Assembly (NCBI GenBank): GCA_963815095.1
Contig: CAWFFH010000005.1
Coordinates: forward strand, 32,001 to 96,000
DNA from: Candidatus Bathyarchaeota archaeon
Lineage (GTDB): Archaea; Thermoproteota; Bathyarchaeia; Bathyarchaeales; Bathycorpusculaceae
Reading direction: 5' to 3'
DNA: 64,000 nt
The notes below the pieces were generated by a model. That model was not told where the DNA came from, searched no databases, and worked only from the letters and a program-made list of their open reading frames with translations. Of this stretch, positions 17,940 through 27,064 are shown piece after piece; the first letter of the stretch is position 1; each line of letters begins with the position of its first letter. The position numbers and the translations under genes were made by a program.

Positions 17940-19142
17940 TTATGTACTTTTCAGTTTTTTAAATGCCAAAGCTGAGCCTGCAATGATAACAACTCCAACA
18001 ACCAAAGCTAGGGCAAGCATTAGAGATGTAGGTGCAGCTGTCGCATCAGCTTTGGCGTACCAAGTGTTAATTGCATCGTTCACTAATTTAACTTGAGTTG
18101 TTGAGGGCAAAGAGTACTGTTGCTCGGGCGAGGTATTTTGGGAAAATCCGTTAACAAGAAGGTTGTCGGCAGCTGTCTGATTATAAGCTGCTCGAGCGGT
18201 AACGCAGCTTCCTCCGCGCAGAAAAATCGCGGTAGAAGGACTAATGGAAACTGTTTGTCCGAAATTAGAAGTATCTATGGTTATTGGGTAATTTGGTCCA
18301 TACCAGTCACAGTATGTTGCGATATGCAAGGTGTTGTAGTCATTGATGAGTTGCATGGCGCACATGAAGCATTCAACGTAGTGGACGTTTCCGGTTCCAT
18401 CAGTTACCACGTATCTTGCTTGAGATTCAGCAGTTACATCCATCCCGCATACTTCGCAGACCTGATTGACCAAGACCGTCGTTGGCTTGGGTGATGGTGT
18501 GATTGTTACTGTTGGGGAAACTGAAGGGGTCGGCGTTGAAGTCACAAAAGGTGAGGCACTTGGATTTGGCAAAGGAGATGGAGTTGGGGTTAAAGTTGGA
18601 GTTGGGGTTGGCGAAGGCAAACCGGCACCGTTGATGAGAGCTGCTTGAGCTACAGTCATCCTTGTGGCATTAGCAAGCACTGTGGCGTTTGTTAATGGGG
18701 AAAGCCACTGTGAAGTGCCATTATTTGGAGAAGCGAGCAAAGCATCCGCCGCAGAAGAATTGTAAACCAACCTGTTCTTTAGGCAACTGCCGGCAGCTAT
18801 GATTAAAGCATCAGGGGGATTAACAGTTACAGCTGTCCCATTATTCCTCGAGACTATGGATATGGGATAGTTTGGCCCATAATAATCGCAGAAAGAAGTA
18901 ATATTAAGGTCTCCGTGAACTCGCTGAAGTTTGAGAGCACATATTGGGCAACAAGCAAGGTACTCAACCCCAGAGGCATCAACAATTCTATAACGTGCTT
19001 GACCTGTCGCATCTATATCCATCCCGCATTGACTACAAGATAGCGTTGTTACTTGACTTTGCGTTAATGCAGAAAGGCTGGAAACAAGTAATAATGTAAT
19101 TAACAATATGTTCGCTATATTTTTGACATTATGCATGAACAT
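17940..19142 (-). CDS. Membrane-anchored protein with two NosL/MerB-like Cys-rich metal-binding domains
   Basis: Signal peptide; two repeats of CxxCGM...CxxC...CD(W/Y)YGP...GSC; Pro/Thr linker; C-terminal TM + KK. Confidence 0.72.
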   Translation of the reverse strand: MFMHNVKNIANILLITLLLVSSLSALTQSQVTTLSCSQCGMDIDATGQARYRIVDASGVEYLACCPICALKLQRVHGDLNITSFCDYYGPNYPISIVSRNNGTAVTVNPPDALIIAAGSCLKNRLVYNSSAADALLASPNNGTSQWLSPLTNATVLANATRMTVAQAALINGAGLPSPTPTPTLTPTPSPLPNPSASPFVTSTPTPSVSPTVTITPSPKPTTVLVNQVCEVCGMDVTAESQARYVVTDGTGNVHYVECFMCAMQLINDYNTLHIATYCDWYGPNYPITIDTSNFGQTVSISPSTAIFLRGGSCVTARAAYNQTAADNLLVNGFSQNTSPEQQYSLPSTTQVKLVNDAINTWYAKADATAAPTSLMLALALVVGVVIIAGSALAFKKLKST

Positions 19143-19253
19143 TCTAAAACACCTTGCCCAATGCTCCATCATTAGCGTTTGCTCCATTTGAAAGTTTGCT
19201 CTAGTTACGGCACAGCTACAACTTCCATTGGCGCGTTAAAAAATCTTTTGAAA

Positions 19254-20147
19254 TCACAAAAGGTAACGTTTGCAATGGGGACAATAAGACTGATTTTCCT
19301 CTATTCCAGAGTTGCAGAACTTACACTTCGAGGGAGAAAGCCATTTTGACAACATGGCTTGAGAGTCACCATCGCCCTTTCTTTTCTCAAACATTTTGCC
19401 TACAAATACGCTAGTTTCAACTAATGCGAGAAGCGCTACAAATAAGTACAAATCGCCAATCGGTGTTGCGCCTGGCGAGATTAGCATTGCAGCTATTGCA
19501 AGGCCTGCCCAAATATACTTGCGTTGCTTGGTTACCATCTTGGTTTTCAAAATACCAAACCTGACCAGCAATACAAAAAACGCGGGAATAGTGAAGATTA
19601 CTCCGCTTATTATTACGGTGAAGAATATTGTGCTGTAGAAATCCATTATTGGAAATAACTGAATTGCATTAACAGCATTATAGAAGGGTAGAAAGCCTTG
19701 GATAAATGAGGGTGCTAAAACAAAGAATCCAAAGACTGCTCCAATTATGAAGAGGGCGGTTGAGATTGTGACGAATGGAAAAATCATTCTGCGTTCATGT
19801 GAAAGCAGTGCGGGATCGACGAATTTGTAGGCTTCATATGCAAAAACCGGCAGGGTAAATGCAACCGAAAACATTACTGCTGCATACGCATAGAGTGTGA
19901 TGGGGTCTGACATGGAGTTGGCAAATAGTGTTGCGCCTGATGGCAAAAACATGTTGCCAATGTACACTAAAAGAACCGACATCAACGGTTTATAATTATT
20001 GGTGGTTGCAAAAAAATCGCTGTTGCCGGGTAAAACAAGCATGATGAATAATGAGACTACAAAGACGGCGAGTACTATTTTCATGCGTTTTATGAATTCT
20101 TCTACATGGCCCCAAAATCCTGAAAAAAAACTTTGTCCGTCTGGCAT
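19254..20147 (-). CDS. tatC: Twin-arginine translocase TatC with C-terminal zinc ribbon
   Basis: GHVEEFIKR, FVDPALLSHE, 6 TM, ISPG; tail CKFC...CPHC. Confidence 0.9.
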   Translation of the reverse strand: MPDGQSFFSGFWGHVEEFIKRMKIVLAVFVVSLFIMLVLPGNSDFFATTNNYKPLMSVLLVYIGNMFLPSGATLFANSMSDPITLYAYAAVMFSVAFTLPVFAYEAYKFVDPALLSHERRMIFPFVTISTALFIIGAVFGFFVLAPSFIQGFLPFYNAVNAIQLFPIMDFYSTIFFTVIISGVIFTIPAFFVLLVRFGILKTKMVTKQRKYIWAGLAIAAMLISPGATPIGDLYLFVALLALVETSVFVGKMFEKRKGDGDSQAMLSKWLSPSKCKFCNSGIEENQSYCPHCKRYLL

Positions 20148-20252
20148 TTTGTGTTCTTTCCATGTAGTTTAGAGTGTTTGCTGTTTCTCTTCGCAATTAA
20201 ATTTTAGAGTTTGATCTGTTTTTGCCAAGAAAGAATAAGGGCTATGTTGCCT

Positions 20253-20582
20253 TTATTCGGCTGCGCCTAAAATTTTGACTTTTATGGATATTTCTTCGGA
20301 GAGTTGTTCACGTGTTTTTCCTTCTGTTGCGATTCCTAGTTTTTGGGCGGTTTCTAGTAGCATTTCGTCTTTTGTTTTTATGGCGGGTTTTGTGGTTGTG
20401 TTGGCTGCTGGTTTTGTTGGTGTGTCTGAGTTTGCTGCGTCGTTGAATTCTTTGGATGCTTTGCTGAATTCGCCTTTTGCTTGTCCTAGGGCTCGGGCAA
20501 ACTGGGGGATTTTTGCTGGACCCCACATTATGATGACGATGGCGACAACGCCGATAATAATCCATTCCCAACCTTCAAGCAT
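20253..20582 (-). CDS. tatA: TatA/E translocase subunit
   Basis: GWEWIII...WGPAKIPQFARALGQAKGEF; upstream of tatC. Confidence 0.92.
   Translation of the reverse strand: MLEGWEWIIIGVVAIVIIMWGPAKIPQFARALGQAKGEFSKASKEFNDAANSDTPTKPAANTTTKPAIKTKDEMLLETAQKLGIATEGKTREQLSEEISIKVKILGAAE
20326..20582. repeat. 257-bp direct repeat, copy 1 (copy 2 at 22068-22324)
   Basis: Matches 22068-22324 with no differences seen by eye; one boundary is exactly the tatA ATG. Confidence 0.92.
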
Positions 20583-21007
20583 GTTCTTAACTTCCAATTA
20601 TTTATTATATCTATATTCTAGTTTGTTTGATTAAAAAGCTTACTATCCATTGCGCTCTTAAGTTGAACCGCTCTATCAATATGGTTTTTGAATCAATAAG
20701 CAACCATTTTATTGGAAACAGAAATATTTGTTTTTCAGCCTCAAAAAGTAAATTGCGTCCAAAATTAGCTTATTTTTGTTTAAATAATGTCTATTAAAAA
20801 ACGCATTCTTTTGAACAGATTTTTCACAAAAAATGATATAACTATATTATTACTCGGTTACGATGATTTCTAAATTTCTTTCCATAATTACCTTAAGATG
20901 CCGTTGGGGCTTGTAGTTGCTCGGAACCGTCACAAAATCTTTAAGAACATTAAACCTTAAACAAGTAAGCGTAGACTCGCAAACCCGCATTTTAGGAAGG
21001 TTAGTCG

Positions 21008-22081
21008 TTGGAAAAAATATTTACTGCAGACCAAATGATTTCTCCCAAATACAAACGGGCCACTGGAAAAGAGGTTTGGCGAGAAAACTTACGCACAACC
21101 ATCTATGCAGCAGACAAAATCCGAAGTAATCTAGGCCCAAAAGGAGCCTACAAGCTGATAACCTACAACCGAGGCACCGAAAAAGTCATCAAAATTACTA
21201 AGGACGCAATCGCGATTCTAAGTGAACTGGCAATACAATATCCCCCAGCCATCATAGTTTCTGAAGCTGCGAAGTTGCAGCGAGAAGAAGCCGGCGACGG
21301 GGTAACAGGCTTTGTCATCTTCTTGTCAGCACTTCTCAGAAAAGCAGACAAACTCCTATCCACGAAAATCCATGCAAACACCATCATTCACGGCTACCAC
21401 CTTGCAACAGAAAAATCCATCAAGATACTTGAAAACCAAGCTACCCCATTAAATGGCAAGACCCTCTACATCTTAGACATAGTTGACTGCAAAAGAAACA
21501 TTTTAACACCGCAGATTCGCGCGATGATTCAGCAAGCCTACCCATTAGCGTTGTCTAATGGCGTTCTTGAACGGGAAAACATCAGGTTTCTGAGAAAAAC
21601 CGGCGGTAACCTGCAAGATTCAAGTTTAATCCACGGAATCGTCATAAAAAAACAGAAAGCACACCCCAACATGCCTGACAAAATCAAAGACTTGCGCATC
21701 GCAATCACAACTGAACGACTAGGAATTAACCGATTAGAAATAAAAATGCCCGGACAAGGGCCATACCACATCAATCTAAATGTAAAAAAACCACAGCAAA
21801 TTCAAGCCTACAACGAAACAATACAGAAAATAAAAGATGAACCAATAAAAAAACTAAAACAATTAAACGTCAACGTTTTGATAAGCGAGCAACCCCTTGA
21901 AGAGCAATCAAAAACTGCGTTATTGGCAAACGGCATTTTCGGTCTCGAAAGCGTCGACAAAAAAGATACGCAGGCTTTGGCAAAAGCCACAAGTGCCAGA
22001 GTTGTTGGTAGCTTATTTGAACTTGAAGAGAAAGACATCGGTACTGCAGAAGAACTCTCAACTGGTAGTTGCGATTCCTAG
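21008..22081 (+). pseudogene. Truncated, divergent group II chaperonin (thermosome/TCP-1-like)
   Basis: LGPKG, AGDG, HANTIIHGY, SSLIHGIVI motifs; only 357 aa, C-terminal equatorial part missing, ends inside the tatA duplicate. Confidence 0.8.
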
Positions 22082-22324
22082 TTTTTGGGCGGTTTCTAGT
22101 AGCATTTCGTCTTTTGTTTTTATGGCGGGTTTTGTGGTTGTGTTGGCTGCTGGTTTTGTTGGTGTGTCTGAGTTTGCTGCGTCGTTGAATTCTTTGGATG
22201 CTTTGCTGAATTCGCCTTTTGCTTGTCCTAGGGCTCGGGCAAACTGGGGGATTTTTGCTGGACCCCACATTATGATGACGATGGCGACAACGCCGATAAT
22301 AATCCATTCCCAACCTTCAAGCAT
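22058..22324 (-). pseudogene. tatA: Second, 3'-truncated tatA copy
   Basis: Identical to tatA through KLGIAT, then reads into chaperonin antisense; has its own GGAGA SD. Confidence 0.75.
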
Positions 22325-22550
22325 AGTTTAAAAATCTCCAAGTATTTCTAAGACTAACTATAGGCTGTTTATTTTCTTAAATAGATTTGTTGGTGTACCG
22401 AGGCAATCACAACCGCTTGCTTGTGTGTTGGTTCGATTTTTGGGTGTTTAGATTTTGCAGGGCCAAGATAGTAGATAAATACGCGATTGCTTTAATCTGT
22501 GAAACAACAAACTTCCAATTATTAAACGTCGTTTTAAGTTGGTGACATGG

Positions 22551-23765
22551 ATGAAATATGTACTAATCATCGGGGACGGAATGGCAGATTACCCAATTCC
22601 AGAATTAGGAAACAAAACCCCTCTCCAAGCAGCCCACAAACCAAACATGGACTCCATAACGGCCAGAGGCAGGAGTGGCTTAATAAAAAACGTTCCTGAC
22701 GAATTAACGCCAGGCTCAGAAGTAGCCATATGCTCCATTCTAGGTTACGACCCAAAAGTTTACTGCACAGGTAGAGGACCCTTGGAAGCGCCATCAAGAG
22801 GGATAGAACTGGGCGAAAACGATGCAGCCTACAGATGCAATTTGATAACAGAAAAAGACGGCGTCATAGCTGATTACTCGGCGGGACACATAACCACACC
22901 AGAAGCAGCCCAACTTATCGAGGCATTGAAAGCGGCTTTTGATAAACCCAACCAAATTGAATTCTACAGCGGCTTAGACTACAGACACTTTTTGATCCTA
23001 CGCAACTTTTCCAACCCCGAACAAATCCAATGCACTCCTCCACACGACGCTATAGGCATAAAAGTTTCAAATGTTTTGCCAAAAGCAAAATCAGCCAAAG
23101 CAGAAAAACAAACCCAACTCCTAAGAAACCTCATTGAAGGCTCCAGAGACATACTGCGCAATCACCCAGTCAACATTGCACGTGAAAAGGCAGGGAAAAA
23201 ACCAGGCAATTTGATTTGGCTTTGGGGCGGCGGCAAAAAACCTTCCATGCCCAAACTAAAGGAAAAATATGGGGTAACGGGAGCGGTTATTTCAGCAGTT
23301 GATCTAGTGAAGGGAATCGGTACTTACGCAGGAATGGAAATCATAAATGTTCCCGGCGCAACAGGTTTAGCTAATACGAATTATGAAGGCAAAGCGGACG
23401 CGGCTCTAAATGCACTTGAAACCAACGACCTTGTTTGTGTGCATGTTGAAGCCCCTGATGAAGCCGGTCATTGCAGGGATTATGAGTTAAAAGTTAAAAC
23501 TATTGAGGACTTAGACAAAAAACTCCTAGGCAGACTCCTCAAAGGCCTAAAGGAACCATACGCGATAGCGATCTTGCCTGACCATCCTACGCCCATAAGC
23601 ATCGGCACGCACTCAAGAGACCTTGTGCCATTCACAATTGCCTCAGCCAACATAAAGCCAGACGGCGTTAAGACCTTCGATGAATTTTCTGCAAGAAAAG
23701 GAGCGTTTGGTTGTGTTGAGAATGATTATTTGATTTCGCTTCTTATTTCTTCAGACAAAACCTAA
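22551..23765 (+). CDS. apgM: 2,3-bisphosphoglycerate-independent phosphoglycerate mutase (archaeal type)
   Basis: IIGDGMAD...KTPLQ, PGSEVA, HVEAPDEAGH, LPDHPTP...TH. Confidence 0.93.
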   Translation: MKYVLIIGDGMADYPIPELGNKTPLQAAHKPNMDSITARGRSGLIKNVPDELTPGSEVAICSILGYDPKVYCTGRGPLEAPSRGIELGENDAAYRCNLITEKDGVIADYSAGHITTPEAAQLIEALKAAFDKPNQIEFYSGLDYRHFLILRNFSNPEQIQCTPPHDAIGIKVSNVLPKAKSAKAEKQTQLLRNLIEGSRDILRNHPVNIAREKAGKKPGNLIWLWGGGKKPSMPKLKEKYGVTGAVISAVDLVKGIGTYAGMEIINVPGATGLANTNYEGKADAALNALETNDLVCVHVEAPDEAGHCRDYELKVKTIEDLDKKLLGRLLKGLKEPYAIAILPDHPTPISIGTHSRDLVPFTIASANIKPDGVKTFDEFSARKGAFGCVENDYLISLLISSDKT

Positions 23766-24067
23766 GTTGGTAAGCAGTCTTGCTTTGAGTCGATGGCTTT
23801 TATGCGTTTGTTAATGACGGTTTTTATTTCCGGGTCATCCTCGCTGTGCGATGCGTCAACTAAGAGTTTTTTTGCTAAGCAGAGACTTTTTTCTCCGAAG
23901 AGTTTGGCGAATTTACTGGAGCGTTTTTCCAGTATGCGAAAATAGCGGGGGAGAACGCAGACGAAGTTTAAGGGGTAGCGTTTGCTTTTGTCGAGGTCGA
24001 CTACAACTAGTTGGACGCGGTCGGATTGTTGGCTTGCGTTTTTGATTGCGTAGAGTTTTAAGTTCAT
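23762..24067 (-). CDS. Hypothetical basic protein
   Basis: Strong SD GGTGAGGGG; 101-aa ORF convergent on apgM. Confidence 0.7.
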   Translation of the reverse strand: MNLKLYAIKNASQQSDRVQLVVVDLDKSKRYPLNFVCVLPRYFRILEKRSSKFAKLFGEKSLCLAKKLLVDASHSEDDPEIKTVINKRIKAIDSKQDCLPT

Positions 24068-24264
24068 TTTCCCCTCACCTATAGCTAACTTGCTAAGTTA
24101 GTACTGATTACAAGTTCAACTTTCTGTCATATCTTACTTAAATTCTGGATCATATTAAACCTTCCCAAAAAATAGCCCATAGCAAAACAGAAAGAATCTA
24201 AAACAAAAAAATTAAGAAAGAATAAACTAATTTGGGGGAAAGAAAAGAGGTTGGATAGCTCTTC

Positions 24265-24489
24265 TTAGTATGGCTCTTTTTTGCCAGACATGTATGCCCA
24301 AGCGCCGACGATTGCAACGGTTAGGACTGCACCTGCAAATCCTGCAACCATGAAGCTTGTCAAACTAGCCAGCGATGGTAAAACTACAATCAGCCAAGGG
24401 ATAAGATATGTTGCTGTGACTTGTGCAATAACGCCTGCTACGAATCCTAAAAGAGCTATTAAACCGAATATTTTAAATCTGCTATTCAT
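24265..24489 (-). CDS. Small two-TM membrane protein divergent from the cdv operon
   Basis: AGGTGA SD; two Gly/Ala-rich hydrophobic helices. Confidence 0.75.
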   Translation of the reverse strand: MNSRFKIFGLIALLGFVAGVIAQVTATYLIPWLIVVLPSLASLTSFMVAGFAGAVLTVAIVGAWAYMSGKKEPY

Positions 24490-24614
24490 TCAATTCACCT
24501 TTTTATTTTAGCAGTTAGTTGGCGCACCTTTTTAGTCTAACTTACACGTTTCTGTATAATCCCTCAAGCTCCAACACCATGTTTAACGTTTCTAGTTAAA
24601 GGCTTAGCGCAATT

Positions 24615-24660
24615 TTGCCATCACGTATATCTGTACATATATACGAGCATATTGCCATCA
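24615..24660. promoter_or_regulatory. 22-bp palindrome flanked by TTGCCATCA direct repeats upstream of cdv operon
   Basis: CGTATATCTGTACATATATACG (24624-24645, 10/11 pairs); TTGCCATCA at 24615-24623 and 24652-24660. Confidence 0.6.
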
Positions 24661-24715
24661 TATTAACAATCTATAAGATTATTTTCTGCATGTTAGGCTT
24701 GCAGAGGTAATCAAA

Positions 24716-25375
24716 TTGTCAGAAAGATTCGCTAAAAAGTGGGAAGCCAAACGGGAAGATGAACCATTAACAAACCGCATTAGAGATACAGTAAAACCAC
24801 CAGGACCACTAAAACCACGTCTCGACTTCGCAGTAAGAAGAATCGAACTCCAAGTACAAAAACTAGACCAAGCCACAGACAGATTTAGCCAAAGAGACAA
24901 AGCAATCTTCGCCAGAATAGTCGATGCATACACAAAACATGACAGTGCACGCGCAAACGTATTCGCTAACGAACTAGCTGAAGTCAGAAAAATGTCAAAG
25001 TTGATAATGAACGCTAAACTTGCTCTCGAGCAAATCACATTAAGATTACGAACAGTTTCCGAACTAGGTGACGTTGTTTCAACTCTCGGGCCAGCCGTGG
25101 GTGTTCTTCGTTCAGTCAAAGCGGGCTTAGTCAGTGTGTTCCCAGAAGCAGAAAGTGAACTAGGTGAAATCGGCAACATGCTAAGCGGAATCATGATTGA
25201 AGCAGGTCAAGGCAGCGGAATGACACTGAACTTCGACACAGTAAACGAAGATGCATCAAAGATTCTAACCGAAGCAGCTACAGTTGCAGAGCAGAAGATA
25301 AAAGACAAGTTCCCAGATCTACCCCCAGGAATGCCATCAACCCCAGCTTCTCAAGCAGAGAAGACAACCTTCTAA
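24716..25375 (+). CDS. ESCRT-III/Snf7 protein (CdvB1/B2-like)
   Basis: RANVFANELAEVRK...LEQITLRLRTVSELGD; MIM2-like FPDLPP; no winged helix. Confidence 0.92.
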   Translation: MSERFAKKWEAKREDEPLTNRIRDTVKPPGPLKPRLDFAVRRIELQVQKLDQATDRFSQRDKAIFARIVDAYTKHDSARANVFANELAEVRKMSKLIMNAKLALEQITLRLRTVSELGDVVSTLGPAVGVLRSVKAGLVSVFPEAESELGEIGNMLSGIMIEAGQGSGMTLNFDTVNEDASKILTEAATVAEQKIKDKFPDLPPGMPSTPASQAEKTTF

Positions 25376-25392
25376 GATAAGGAGAAAAAGAA

Positions 25393-26109
25393 ATGTCTTC
25401 CTCCAATCTTTTTCTTTGTATTGGTAAACCAATCAAGAATGAATATGGACGAGTAATTGGTAAAGTTGCCTCTTTTGCATTAACTCCAAATGGAAAATTT
25501 GACGCAGTATATGTAGAATTTGGCGATGGACAATTCACAAAACAGCCCATGGAGAGCCTAAAATTCAATGGTGCCGAAGTCACATACATATCTAAAATTA
25601 AAAACCAAGCCGGCACCCTCTGCGATCACATCCCCTTAATCTGGCGCAAAGATGAAGCCCTAAAAGACCTGGTGGACAAGAAAAAAATCACAAATGAAGT
25701 CTATCAAGACCTCCACAACAGCTTCTCAAGCGTATTGACCCAACTCAAAAAAGATGCCCAACTCATCGTCGACGAATCAGCCGTAGAAATCGACCGATGC
25801 CAAGATGAAATAACTTCTCTTAGCTATGCAATCGCAAACCTAGAAATTGAACATGAAATAGGAAAAGTCGACGACGAAAACTACCGCACGGCATTCGCTT
25901 TACTACAAGACACCCTCAGACGAGCAACCAGCGAAAAAACCGATTTCGAAATCACAAAAAGCAGAATCTCAAGCGTACTGCTAGGCGACCAATCTGCAAA
26001 TTCAATGAAAACCAACAAAGTCTACGCAGAACAAGTAAGCAACGCTTCGAAGCTTCCAGAGCCTCCAGTAGTTGTCTACGTTAAAGAAATAGGAAAAGCT
26101 GGCATTTAA
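25393..26109 (+). CDS. cdvA: Cell division protein CdvA
   Basis: PRC-barrel-like IGKPIKNEYGRVIG, helical domain, C-terminal PVVVYVK strand; cdv context. Confidence 0.9.
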   Translation: MSSSNLFLCIGKPIKNEYGRVIGKVASFALTPNGKFDAVYVEFGDGQFTKQPMESLKFNGAEVTYISKIKNQAGTLCDHIPLIWRKDEALKDLVDKKKITNEVYQDLHNSFSSVLTQLKKDAQLIVDESAVEIDRCQDEITSLSYAIANLEIEHEIGKVDDENYRTAFALLQDTLRRATSEKTDFEITKSRISSVLLGDQSANSMKTNKVYAEQVSNASKLPEPPVVVYVKEIGKAGI

Positions 26110-26151
26110 TCCGGATTAACACTTGAAAACGTTGGGTATGGAGGGCTAAAA

Positions 26152-27042
26152 ATAAAAAGCTTAACTAATCAATCCCCTCCTCCCATCCGTGAAGTTGCCA
26201 CAAAATCTATTTGTACCCTAAAAGTCCAGCAGAATAAGCTGGAGCAGGCGAGTTTTCGTTTAAAAGAGCGAGACCGCATTCTTTTTGAAACATGCATGTT
26301 TGCATTAAAAAAGAATAACAAAGAAAAAGCCGCAATGTGCGCCACTGAAATTGCGGAAGTCCGAAAACTCGTAAAGTTTCTCTATAACGTCCAATTAGCA
26401 ATTGAACGAGTCGTATTACGCCTTGAAACCATAAAAGAACTCGGCGACATCGTGGCCGACCTCAAACCGGCATTAAAATTGCTACAAGGCGTTTCTCAAG
26501 AGCTATTCCAGGTGTTACCTGATGTTAGCTCAGAACTAAGTAACGTTAATCAAACAATCCAAGACACCCTCCACGCCACAAAACTCACGGCAGATGAGGC
26601 TGTAATTCCAGTCGGTAAAAAGACAGAAGCCGGCGAAGAAATCCTAAAAGAAGTATCATGCTTCATGGAGCAAAAACTGGCCGAAACCCTCCCAGAGCCA
26701 CCTAAGGCGCCAGTAAAGGAAAAAATGCCCATAAGAGAACTTGTTGCGTTAACGGCAAGTTCCTCTGAGGTTTTTTCTCGTCAAACGGTAGAGGCGTCAG
26801 GGTTTGATCCAGAAAAAACTCTGTTAACTTACCGGAAGTCTGAGGTCAAAGAGTTCTCTCTTAAAGTTGACAAGCCCTGTTTGGAAGATGTACTAATGGA
26901 ATACGTCCGGAAGACTAACGGCGAAATTGATTTGGGTCGATGTTCCAGCGAGCTAAAGACATCCAATGAAGAGATTGAGCGTGCCCTCGAAACCTTGGGA
27001 ACTAAGGGCAAAATAAAAATTGAATTACGATCGCCAGAATAA
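26152..27042 (+). CDS. cdvB: Cell division protein CdvB (ESCRT-III with C-terminal winged helix); probable ATA start
   Basis: Snf7 core, LPEPP MIM2-like motif, wH tail; similarity to helix 1 extends ~48 codons upstream of the tracked ATG (26296); GGAGG at 26140-26144. Confidence 0.85.
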   Translation: MKSLTNQSPPPIREVATKSICTLKVQQNKLEQASFRLKERDRILFETCMFALKKNNKEKAAMCATEIAEVRKLVKFLYNVQLAIERVVLRLETIKELGDIVADLKPALKLLQGVSQELFQVLPDVSSELSNVNQTIQDTLHATKLTADEAVIPVGKKTEAGEEILKEVSCFMEQKLAETLPEPPKAPVKEKMPIRELVALTASSSEVFSRQTVEASGFDPEKTLLTYRKSEVKEFSLKVDKPCLEDVLMEYVRKTNGEIDLGRCSSELKTSNEEIERALETLGTKGKIKIELRSPE

Positions 27043-27064
27043 CAGAGAGAAGGAGAGAAAAAAA

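Noticed and set aside
21870-22331. 147-aa and 144-aa ORFs across the chaperonin/tatA junction
   Set aside because: Alternative-frame or antisense products of the duplicated tatA segment.
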